Positions 55,864-64,000 of a stretch of DNA of 64,000 nt are shown one piece after another. Origin of the DNA: a virus (lineage: Duplodnaviria; Caudoviricetes); the IMG/VR virus record IMGVR_UViG_3300020450_001133; one strand, written 5' to 3'. Numbering within the stretch: position 1 is the stretch's first letter; the number at the start of each line of letters is the position of its first letter. The notes beneath the pieces are model-generated. The model worked only from the letters and a program-made list of their open reading frames with translations, had not been told where the DNA came from and ran no database searches. Both the position numbers and the translations under genes were made by a program.

Positions 55864-57099
55864 TTGAGTAAAACATATTGCCCTTTACCATGGCAACACT
55901 TGGCAACTCACCCACATGGCGGTGTTACACTCTGTTGTATCAGTGACCACACGGGCGGGTTAAATAGGGCTCGTAACAACGACAAAGAATTCTTAAGTCT
56001 TAATAAGAGTAGTATAAACGAACATCTAAATAGCGAGTATTACAAAGAAGTTCGCTTACAGATGTTAAATAATGAGAAGCCTAAAGCATGTTTAAGATGC
56101 TATGAGGAAGAAGAGAAAGGACTAAAGAGTAAACGAAATCATGAGACCTCAGTTTTTCCACAGAACTCCGCCAATTGGGCACGAGAACTTACTGGTGAGG
56201 ATGGCAGTATTCCTATGGATCTTCGTTTTGTTGAGTTGCGTCTTGGCAACGTATGTAACGTCCGCTGTCGTACTTGCAATCCTGCGAGTTCCAGTAAATG
56301 GTTGGCGGACTATAAAGACATTGTTGAAAAAGCAGACTTCGTCAACAAAGGATACCTAGGACTAGACTATCCCAAAGATTTTAAGTGGCCCGAAGACGAC
56401 ACTTTCTATGACGACCTTTACGACTCAGCACCAAATCTAGAACTGCTATATATCAATGGCGGTGAACCTACATTAATAAAACAACATTGGACTTACTTAC
56501 AGAAGTTAGTCGATAGTGGACGTAGTAAAAATATTATATTGTGGTATAACATAAATTGTACTATGTTACCACCAATTGCTTTAGAGCTCTGGCCCGAGTT
56601 TAAAGAAGCAAGAATATGTTTGAGCATAGATGACCTTGGGGAACGTAATGCTTTTATAAGAACCAATACAGATTGGAATGCAGTTATTAAAACTGTGAAC
56701 ACATTAAAAGAGCATAGAGATAAATTGAACCTAAGGATTACTCAAACAGTAAGTGCATATAACTATGCAACGTTGCCTGAGTTTTTTTACTGGGCAGACC
56801 AGATGGGATTAGAAGTAGACATGAACTTTGTGTATGATCCTGATTACCTAAGTCCTGGAGTTATACCTCCTAAGGCAAGAGAGTTGATACATACAAAATT
56901 TAGAAAAATAATGGGCAACGACCATAAGTTAGGAACATTGTTAAGCATGTATAACAATGACGACTGGGACGAATTAAAATGGGAACAGTTTTGTAGATAC
57001 AATGACTTGATGGATAATAACGACCAAAGTAATTGGCGAGAAACATTTGAGAGATTAAACAAGTATGTGGAAGATAGCGGACACATTAGCATTTACTAG
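55864..57099 (+). CDS. radical SAM enzyme 4 with N-terminal auxiliary Fe-S domain
   Basis: CNVRCRTC; NGGEP; N-terminal YCPLPW...LCC...CLRC; TTG start. Confidence 0.92.
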   Translation: MSKTYCPLPWQHLATHPHGGVTLCCISDHTGGLNRARNNDKEFLSLNKSSINEHLNSEYYKEVRLQMLNNEKPKACLRCYEEEEKGLKSKRNHETSVFPQNSANWARELTGEDGSIPMDLRFVELRLGNVCNVRCRTCNPASSSKWLADYKDIVEKADFVNKGYLGLDYPKDFKWPEDDTFYDDLYDSAPNLELLYINGGEPTLIKQHWTYLQKLVDSGRSKNIILWYNINCTMLPPIALELWPEFKEARICLSIDDLGERNAFIRTNTDWNAVIKTVNTLKEHRDKLNLRITQTVSAYNYATLPEFFYWADQMGLEVDMNFVYDPDYLSPGVIPPKARELIHTKFRKIMGNDHKLGTLLSMYNNDDWDELKWEQFCRYNDLMDNNDQSNWRETFERLNKYVEDSGHISIY

Positions 57100-57844
57100 A
57101 CCGAAACTAGTAATACTCAGATGCTTAATGCATTTGGGTCTTGCTACGGCTTTAGTTCTAGGACCAAATGATTATTGGTGGGTTACATTAGGAGTTTACT
57201 TTTGGTTTGCAAGTATCGGTAATGGTGTTGGACAACACAGATACTTTGCACATAAAACATTTAAAACAAATAAGTTCTGGGAGTTAATGCTATTAGTAAG
57301 TGCCACATTGGCAAGTATTAGTAGTGTGTTTGGTTACATTGTAACGCACCGAGAACATCATAAGCATACAGACGATGAGCATGATCCTCATAGTCCACAT
57401 CATATGAGTTTATTCCAAAGTTGGACATTAGACTTAACAGATACAGGACGTTGGAATTTGCGTAATGCAAAAGACTGGATTAAGAACAAAGCAGTAATGA
57501 ATGCACACTATTATTTCTTTGCTTATATAATTGCATACAACGTCATATTAGCAATGATAGATCCATGGTTAGTGTTATATGCATACCTAGTGCCTGCAAG
57601 TTTATGTGTATGGGCAACTGGCGCCTTTAACACGTGGGGACATGGCAAAGGATTTAAACAATTAGGATATAGAACTTGGGACACACAAGACAAAAGTGTA
57701 AATCACCATTTAGTAAATTTAATAACATTTGGGGAAGGATGGCATAACAATCATCACAAATCACCGGGAAGTTGGCACCAGGGAGTTCAATGGTGGGAGT
57801 GGGATTTGAATGCACAAATAATAAAGTTGATTAAAAGCAGATGA
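57065..57844 (+). CDS. membrane fatty acid desaturase (delta-9/OLE1/DesC-like, di-iron His boxes)
   Basis: His boxes GQHRYFAH, HREHHKHTD-EHDPHSP, GEGWHNNHH; hydrophobic segments. Confidence 0.9.
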   Translation: MWKIADTLAFTRPKLVILRCLMHLGLATALVLGPNDYWWVTLGVYFWFASIGNGVGQHRYFAHKTFKTNKFWELMLLVSATLASISSVFGYIVTHREHHKHTDDEHDPHSPHHMSLFQSWTLDLTDTGRWNLRNAKDWIKNKAVMNAHYYFFAYIIAYNVILAMIDPWLVLYAYLVPASLCVWATGAFNTWGHGKGFKQLGYRTWDTQDKSVNHHLVNLITFGEGWHNNHHKSPGSWHQGVQWWEWDLNAQIIKLIKSR

Positions 57845-59202
57845 GCAAGTATAGTAAACCAGAAGAGGACAAAGGCTTTATAGATAAGACTGCCGAAGAA
57901 GTCAGGGAACTGGCTAAAGGCGATGCCTTCTGTATATTGCCTTGGATACACATGCACCCTTGGCCTCAAGGCAAAGTGTTTCCTTGCTGTCTTAGTAATA
58001 CAACTGTAGATGATATTGTAGGAGACTTAAATGTGCAGAGCATAGAAGAAGTGTACAATGGTCATCAATTGAAAAAAATGCGTAGAAACTTTTTAGCAAA
58101 TAAAAAACATCACAGTTGTACAAAGTGTTATGACCAAGAAGCATTGGGTAGAATAGATAGTTTAAGAATGAAAAGCAATGAAGAGTTTGTATTGCAACCT
58201 GACAACTGGCACAAGTTTGAAAACAAAATTGATTTAGTAAAGTCTACACAAAAGACAGGTAGAGTAGATGATGTAAACATGGCATATTTAGATATACGTT
58301 TTAGTAATATATGTAACATGAGATGTAGAATGTGTGGACCAGATTTAAGTAGTCTATGGTATCATGATGCTGTTGATAGTGTCTACAATGTAACACCTAA
58401 ACAAGCAATATATCAAATTAAAAAAGGAAGTCAAGACTTTTTATCACAGTTTGACCAATACTTACATACAGTTGAAAAAATATATTGGGCAGGTGGAGAG
58501 CCGTTAATCATGGACGAGCATTGGTACGTTATGAACAAGTTAGTAGAACTAGGACGTACTGATGTACAAGTTCATTATAATACTAACCTTAGTAAATTAA
58601 AATACAAAGACAATGACGCAATAGAACTTTGGAAAAATTTTAAAAATATTAATATAGGTGCAAGTTTAGATGACAGTCATGCTCGAGCAGAATATATTAG
58701 GAAAGGAACTGTTTGGTCAGACATAGAAGACAACATGAGAAGAATAAGAGATGAGTTACCTTCTTTAGATTTTTATGTAAGTGCAACAGCAGACTTTTTT
58801 AACATGCATTCAATAGTAGACTTTTACAATTATTTGCTTAAAGAAAATTTTATTAGTGTACAAGACTTTCAAGTAAACATATTATTTGGTAAGCCTATAT
58901 ACAGAGCAACATGTCATAAAGCAAGATACAGAAATGAGGCATTACATAGAATAAACAAATTAATAGAGTTCTTAGAAAAAGAAGATACATTGGGTAGAGC
59001 ATTAAACGGCTTTATACAATTAAAGAACTTTTTAGAAAGAGAAGATAAGAGTTACATGGTACCTGACACAATGAAGGAAATAAAAGAAATGGATACGTTT
59101 AGAAAAGAAGATTTCTTTAGTGTGTTTCCTGAATATAAAGGTTACAGAGAATTATACAACGAAGTAGATTCAACAGAGGAGTTTCAAAAGCAAGATGGAT
59201 AG
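57841..59202 (+). CDS. radical SAM enzyme 5 with N-terminal auxiliary Fe-S domain
   Basis: CNMRCRMC; AGGEP; N-terminal FCILPW...PCC...CTKC. Confidence 0.92.
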   Translation: MSKYSKPEEDKGFIDKTAEEVRELAKGDAFCILPWIHMHPWPQGKVFPCCLSNTTVDDIVGDLNVQSIEEVYNGHQLKKMRRNFLANKKHHSCTKCYDQEALGRIDSLRMKSNEEFVLQPDNWHKFENKIDLVKSTQKTGRVDDVNMAYLDIRFSNICNMRCRMCGPDLSSLWYHDAVDSVYNVTPKQAIYQIKKGSQDFLSQFDQYLHTVEKIYWAGGEPLIMDEHWYVMNKLVELGRTDVQVHYNTNLSKLKYKDNDAIELWKNFKNINIGASLDDSHARAEYIRKGTVWSDIEDNMRRIRDELPSLDFYVSATADFFNMHSIVDFYNYLLKENFISVQDFQVNILFGKPIYRATCHKARYRNEALHRINKLIEFLEKEDTLGRALNGFIQLKNFLEREDKSYMVPDTMKEIKEMDTFRKEDFFSVFPEYKGYRELYNEVDSTEEFQKQDG

Positions 59203-60418
59203 ACCAGAACACTTTTGCATATTACCTTGGATAAACCAAGAGGCTCGCACCAATGGGGATATTGGTGTGTGCTGTGTTATGCAAGAGACAGCACCAGGGT
59301 TAAATTTAGCAGATGGTCATACATTGAAAGACGCATGGAACAGCGAATGGCTTGCCAAGTTAAAACAAGACTTCTTAGATGGCAAGAAGCCGGATGCCTG
59401 TTACAACTGTTGGAATGAAGAAGAAGCAGGTATGGAAAGTAAAAGAAAAAGGGAGTTGTTAAAGTTCGGTCATCACGTAACTAACTTACAGCATCTTCGT
59501 CCTAAAAGTATGGATCTTAAATTGGGCAGTATTTGTAATACTAAATGTAGAATATGTACAAGTTTTGCAAGTAGTCAATGGGTACCTGAAGAAATAGAAC
59601 GTGACGGAGAAACAAATCAGTTAGCAAAGAAAATGGGCAGGCTAGGTATGTGGCCCGAACACAATGAAGAGTTTTGGTTAGAACTAGAAGACCAAATAGA
59701 AGAAGTAGAAAGTTTAGAGTTTTTTGGGGGCGAGCCTTTCCTCATCAAGAGACATTTTGAAATCTTAGAAGGGCTCGTAGAGAAGGGTCGTGCTAAGGAT
59801 ATTACCTTAAGTTACAACAGCAACGGAAGTATTTATCCTGAACACGCCCTTCCAATTTGGAAAGAATTTAAAGACGTACAAGTGTTCTTTAGTATAGACG
59901 GTATTGGAGAAAGATTTAATTATATAAGACATCCACAAGACTTTGACCATGTTATGGAAAACTTTTGGAAATTTAAACAGCATGACTTTATAAGAACAAA
60001 CTTATTTTATACTGTTGGTATATTCAATGCATTCTATATGGACGAACTATTGAACTACGACTTAGAACATAACTTAGGTTGTGATATACATTTTAACATG
60101 GTGTATGTGCCACAACAAGTAAGTGCTAAAGCATTGCCTTTAAAAGCAAAGCAGGCTCTTACAGAAAAGTTTAAAGGGAATAATGATCCTAGAATACAAA
60201 GTACATTAAACTTTATAAACAATGAACATTATGAGAACATGATGGAGTTGTTTGTAAACCATACAGTATTCAGTGACAAGTATAGGAATGAAAGTATTGC
60301 AAATACATTTCCTGAATTGTACGAACATGTTAAACCATGGTTTGAAAAAGCAGAAGCCATGGAGTTAGTAAACACAATGGAACTTATAGGTATAGATAAG
60401 AAAAATGAAAGATTATAG
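59195..60418 (+). CDS. radical SAM enzyme 6 with N-terminal auxiliary Fe-S domain
   Basis: CNTKCRIC; FGGEP; N-terminal FCILPW...VCC...CYNC. Confidence 0.92.
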   Translation: MDRPEHFCILPWINQEARTNGDIGVCCVMQETAPGLNLADGHTLKDAWNSEWLAKLKQDFLDGKKPDACYNCWNEEEAGMESKRKRELLKFGHHVTNLQHLRPKSMDLKLGSICNTKCRICTSFASSQWVPEEIERDGETNQLAKKMGRLGMWPEHNEEFWLELEDQIEEVESLEFFGGEPFLIKRHFEILEGLVEKGRAKDITLSYNSNGSIYPEHALPIWKEFKDVQVFFSIDGIGERFNYIRHPQDFDHVMENFWKFKQHDFIRTNLFYTVGIFNAFYMDELLNYDLEHNLGCDIHFNMVYVPQQVSAKALPLKAKQALTEKFKGNNDPRIQSTLNFINNEHYENMMELFVNHTVFSDKYRNESIANTFPELYEHVKPWFEKAEAMELVNTMELIGIDKKNERL

Positions 60419-61736
60419 TAAAACATTTTGTCCTTATCCTTGGATACATGTAATGACACAGCCGAGTGGTACTGTGAACTTTTGTTGTGTTGCTAATGGT
60501 CAGATTAAAACTGATGATAGTTTTATGGAGTTTGATGGTATGCAAACAGGAACTCCTATACTATTAAACAAAGGCGGGGATATGAGAGATGTTTGGAATA
60601 GTAAGCATTACAAACATATCAGAAAACAAATGGACACCGGGGAACGTGTTATTGGTTGTGAACCATGCTATGACTTGGAAGATTTGGGGATACCAAGTTA
60701 TAGAGTAAACTATATAAAAGACTGGTTAGGCTTTCATCGTAATGCAGATGAAATCGAAAGGATAATAGAAAAGAGTAGAGAGAATGATTATCATGTCGAT
60801 GAAATGCCTCAGTACTTAGACTTTAGACTAGGTACTATGTGTAACTTGAGATGTAGAATGTGTCAAAGTCAAAACAGTAGTGCAATTTATAAAGAACTTA
60901 AGAACGATGATTTGTACACACAAGAAGAAAGAGACTTTGTAGTTAAGCATACACATTGGAACGATTTCAGTGATTACACTCAGCCATGGTTCGATACACC
61001 AGAGTTTTTAGAATCAGTTGAAGAGTGGTTGCCTAATGTAAACAGATTATACTTTACAGGAGGTGAGCCTACTATTATACAACGCACTTATTGGATATTA
61101 GAAAAGTGTGTAGAGTTGGGTATTGCTAAAGATATTGATTTAGTATTCAATAGCAATATGACAAACATTCAGCCAAGGTTTCTAGACTTACTAGCCAAGT
61201 TTAGAGATGTGTTGATGTGTTTAAGTGTTGATGGCTATGCACAATACAACGAGTATATCAGAAGTGGTAGTCGTTGGAATATTGTAGACAAACATATAAG
61301 AGATTATGCAACATCAGATGTTGTAGGTAATATATTGTTTAGTCCTGTTGTACAAATATATAACATACTAAACATAACTCAACTATTAGACTATGCAGAA
61401 GAGATTACAAAGTTTAGTGGTAGAAGAATAGATATCAGTTTTTTAATGAACAACTATCCTAAATGTTTAGACATTAGAAACTTACCTAAGCATATCAGAG
61501 TAGAGGGCCAGAAAAGATTACGAGACTGGCTTAATACAAGTAAATATTTCGTAGACGATGAAAGGAATATCGCAACCGTAGAAGGCATAATCAAAGCATT
61601 GGAAGATGACAATGTGAATGCAGATGCTGACAAGCAAATGCAAATCTTTAAAGAGTACACAGAGTTACTTGATAGTAAACGTAACCAAAGTTTTAAAGAT
61701 AGTATACCTGATTTATGGAGTATGTTAAATGAGTGA
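60405..61736 (+). CDS. radical SAM enzyme 7 with N-terminal auxiliary Fe-S domain
   Basis: CNLRCRMC; TGGEP; N-terminal FCPYPW...FCC...CEPC. Confidence 0.92.
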   Translation: MKDYSKTFCPYPWIHVMTQPSGTVNFCCVANGQIKTDDSFMEFDGMQTGTPILLNKGGDMRDVWNSKHYKHIRKQMDTGERVIGCEPCYDLEDLGIPSYRVNYIKDWLGFHRNADEIERIIEKSRENDYHVDEMPQYLDFRLGTMCNLRCRMCQSQNSSAIYKELKNDDLYTQEERDFVVKHTHWNDFSDYTQPWFDTPEFLESVEEWLPNVNRLYFTGGEPTIIQRTYWILEKCVELGIAKDIDLVFNSNMTNIQPRFLDLLAKFRDVLMCLSVDGYAQYNEYIRSGSRWNIVDKHIRDYATSDVVGNILFSPVVQIYNILNITQLLDYAEEITKFSGRRIDISFLMNNYPKCLDIRNLPKHIRVEGQKRLRDWLNTSKYFVDDERNIATVEGIIKALEDDNVNADADKQMQIFKEYTELLDSKRNQSFKDSIPDLWSMLNE

Positions 61737-62502
61737 ATTTGTAAACGAAGTATCTGTTAATTATCCAGTTGAAAAACTTGTTTCAATAGGTTGTAGTCAT
61801 ATGTATGGCTCTGAGATAATGGGTGAGGGTAGTCCTATAAGGAGACAGGAACTAACATTTGCAGGACTTATTGCAAAACATTTAGGATTGGAACATGAGG
61901 ATCTAAGTGTGCCAGGCGGTAGTAATACATACATCAGAGAAACAGCAGTAGAACATTTAGCAAAAAATGACGACAGGCAAGGTACTCTTTACTTAATAGG
62001 TTGGACAACATATAGTAGGCATTATTTTTATTGGGAAAACGAAGATGGGGAAGAAGAAATATATCATTGGGCACAAGGTGTTGATCCAGGACCAGCAAGT
62101 GAAGTAATAGGAACTGATGTGTCTTTGTTGTTTGACTATTTTAAATTATACATGACTAATGATGACGATGGCAGAAGAAGAAGAATGACCGACACAATAC
62201 TTTTGGCTAACACATTTAAAACTTACAAAGTTCCTTATGCAATGATGTCAAGTTGCAGTACATGGATAGCACAAGACTTTAATGAAGGGCATCCAAGAAT
62301 AGGTTCCCACTGGAAAAAACATTTTCCATTTCCAAATTACTATGAACCATACAATGCGTTCGTACAAAAGATGATAGACCAACGACCTGATTGTTTTACA
62401 AAGTCGTTACATGGTAATAACGTTGCACATAAAAACTATGCAATTGGTTTAAGAAACTTTATAAAATATAATATACTGAGAGGTAATAATCGAGATGAAT
62501 AA
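61729..62502 (+). CDS. SGNH/GDSL-like hydrolase or acyltransferase
   Basis: Block I-like LVSIGCSHMYGSE, block II-like DLSVPGGSN, C-terminal His (SLHGN--AH). Confidence 0.6.
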   Translation: MSEFVNEVSVNYPVEKLVSIGCSHMYGSEIMGEGSPIRRQELTFAGLIAKHLGLEHEDLSVPGGSNTYIRETAVEHLAKNDDRQGTLYLIGWTTYSRHYFYWENEDGEEEIYHWAQGVDPGPASEVIGTDVSLLFDYFKLYMTNDDDGRRRRMTDTILLANTFKTYKVPYAMMSSCSTWIAQDFNEGHPRIGSHWKKHFPFPNYYEPYNAFVQKMIDQRPDCFTKSLHGNNVAHKNYAIGLRNFIKYNILRGNNRDE

Positions 62503-62677
62503 AGACAAAGAAGATATGAATGGGCTTGGACCTGTTGACAATGTTGTTGACATGGGTGGGTTAGAAGATAACTCTGTACCAAAGCCAATAGAGAAAAAAA
62601 TGACAGACGAAGAAGAGGAAAGGTTAAAAAAGAAATTAGAAAAAATTAGGAAGGCCGATCCTTTTATTTACAGATAG
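62495..62677 (+). CDS. small hypothetical protein
   Basis: 60-aa coupled ORF ending KIRKADPFIYR. Confidence 0.65.
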   Translation: MNKDKEDMNGLGPVDNVVDMGGLEDNSVPKPIEKKMTDEEEERLKKKLEKIRKADPFIYR

Positions 62678-62684
62678 GAGACAG

Positions 62685-64000
62685 ATGAGAATTTTAGGAA
62701 TAAGTTGCATGTTTCATGATGCTAGTGTTAGTGTCGTAGAAGATGGAAAAATTTTATTTGCTGGTCACTCAGAACGTTACAGCAGAGAAAAGAATGATGC
62801 ATACTTAAATCAATCGTTAATAAATGAAGCATTAAGTTGGGGCAAGCCTGACTTAATTGTATTACATGAAAGTAGTAAACTTAAAAACAGAAGAAGATTA
62901 AGACAGTTCACATGGAGCAGTATCAAGGCGGCATTCACAGAACCAACTGCTGAATCTTGGATTAAAGATTTTTATCCACAACTAGCAGGAATTCCAATTA
63001 CTAATTGTTTACATCATCAAAGCCATGCAGGGGCAGGCATGTTGACATTGCCTAGTGAATTCAGTGATTGGCATGATGCGGCTATTGTTACTATAGATGC
63101 TATAGGCGAAAAACAAACAGCAACTATTAGTACATGGCAAAAGAATGAACGTATAATGTTAAGACATGAAGTTAATTTTCCAAACAGTTTAGGATTGTTT
63201 TATAGTGCTGTTACATCAGCAATAGGATTAAAGCCTATGGAAGATGAATACATCTTAATGGGCATGGCGGCATATGGTGAACCTAAGTACAAAGTAAAAA
63301 TGGATATACATTTATTCGACCACCCTGCAGATGAATTACATAATTGTTTGAAAACAATTGACATGAGTAAAGGACTACCTAAAAGTTTCTTTAATAATAT
63401 AGACATAGAAGATGAACAAACACAATTTGATTTAGCCGCAAGTGCCCAAGCAGTAGTAGAAGAAAGAATTTTATCATATTGCAGACTAGCATTTAAGTAC
63501 AGTAGTGGTAGTCGTAACTTAGTGTATCAAGGCGGTGTAGCATTGAATTGTGTTGCTAACAGTTTGATATATGAAAAAGATGTATTTAAGAATATATGGA
63601 TAATGCCTAATCCAGGAGATGCAGGTAGCAGTCTAGGAGCCGCGGCACTATATCATTTTGAACAAACAGGTAACTTTGTAGAATGGGAAGGTCCTTACTT
63701 GGGTACAAACATCAAAGGACAATGGCCCAAAGAAAAGTTTTTAGCAAGTTTGCGTAAAGGAGAAATATTTGGAGTTGCTAATGGCAGAGCAGAGTTTGGT
63801 CCAAGAGCATTAGGCAATAGAAGTTTGTTTGCTGATGCTAGAGGTACAGAAGTAAAAGACAAAGTAAATGCAATTAAACGTAGACAAGAGTTTAGACCGT
63901 TTGCTCCAATAGTATTAGAAGAACATGCAAACGAATGGTTTGAGATGCCAGCAGGTAAAAGCAATAGTCCTTATATGAGTTTTGTTGCTAAATGTAAAAA
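62685..64000 (+). CDS. carbamoyltransferase (NodU/CmcH/TobZ family), truncated by window end (not in ORF track)
   Basis: GGAG SD then MRILGISCMFHDAS...SERYSREKND...HHQSHA...IDAIGE...SLGLFYS...EYILMGMAAYG...GGVALNCVAN...PNPGDAGSSLGAA...GRAEFGPRALGNRS...KRRQEFRPFAP. Confidence 0.93.
   Translation, partial: MRILGISCMFHDASVSVVEDGKILFAGHSERYSREKNDAYLNQSLINEALSWGKPDLIVLHESSKLKNRRRLRQFTWSSIKAAFTEPTAESWIKDFYPQLAGIPITNCLHHQSHAGAGMLTLPSEFSDWHDAAIVTIDAIGEKQTATISTWQKNERIMLRHEVNFPNSLGLFYSAVTSAIGLKPMEDEYILMGMAAYGEPKYKVKMDIHLFDHPADELHNCLKTIDMSKGLPKSFFNNIDIEDEQTQFDLAASAQAVVEERILSYCRLAFKYSSGSRNLVYQGGVALNCVANSLIYEKDVFKNIWIMPNPGDAGSSLGAAALYHFEQTGNFVEWEGPYLGTNIKGQWPKEKFLASLRKGEIFGVANGRAEFGPRALGNRSLFADARGTEVKDKVNAIKRRQEFRPFAPIVLEEHANEWFEMPAGKSNSPYMSFVAKCK

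Noticed and set aside
56585-56588. Complete AGCT (AluI) avoidance
   Set aside because: AGCT looks scarce but does occur here (GAGCTC); depletion cannot be established without counting.
40263-57844. Eukaryotic virus (NCLDV) origin suggested by the PMM, desaturase and SCP2 genes
   Set aside because: gp55/gp46/gp47, gp25/gp6/LysM/spike genes, SD sequences and a sigma70 promoter indicate a bacterial T4-superfamily phage.
47169-61736. Assigning the radical SAMs to MoaA, NrdG, QueE or PqqE pathways
   Set aside because: No partner genes (moaC, nrdD, queCD, pqqABCD) are present, and the auxiliary domain is N-terminal, unlike these families.
1167-63964. Numerous 60-230 aa opposite-strand ORFs in the track
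   Set aside because: They lie antisense to well-supported genes, have Ser/Leu/Phe-rich shadow composition and lack SD sequences or motifs.
1-64000. Alternative genetic code (TAG/TGA recoding) as in some jumbo phages
   Set aside because: Very long ORFs and tight ATGA/TAATG coupling work in code 11; TAA, TGA and TAG all terminate recognisable genes at sensible ends.
1-64000. tRNA, rRNA or CRISPR array
   Set aside because: Intergenic gaps are all under about 170 nt; no cloverleaf or regularly spaced direct repeats were seen.

Overview
This window is an AT-rich, gene-dense segment of a large T4-superfamily (myovirus-type, probably jumbo) bacteriophage genome, read in the standard genetic code. 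It has three blocks. (1) 1-4638, minus strand: the T4-like gp55 (late sigma)-gp47-gp46 (Mre11/Rad50) operon plus a partial GIY-YIG protein. (2) 4800-39843: a contractile-tail baseplate module with tube-initiator-like, gp53/LysM, hub, gp5-like spike, gp25 and gp6 genes, a 6269-aa giant virion protein and fibre proteins. A small inverted 3-gene island interrupts it. (3) 39914 to the window end: about 24 kb of co-oriented, tightly overlapping tailoring-enzyme genes. These include seven paralogous radical SAM enzymes with an N-terminal auxiliary Fe-S (twitch/SPASM-like) domain, three glycosyltransferase-like proteins, a eukaryote-type phosphomannomutase and a UDP-sugar dehydrogenase. They also include a sulfotransferase-like protein, an APS-kinase/nucleotidyltransferase fusion, two short SDRs, an SCP2 domain, a rubredoxin missed by the ORF track, a membrane desaturase, an SGNH protein, a DUF481 beta-barrel and a carbamoyltransferase. 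A recurrent (G/A)ATAAATA late-promoter motif precedes both structural genes and parts of this enzyme block. The leading hypothesis is therefore a phage-encoded, late-expressed glycan or glycolipid biosynthesis and tailoring system that decorates the virion or remodels the host envelope. All product calls come from motif recognition by eye; no database searches were run.
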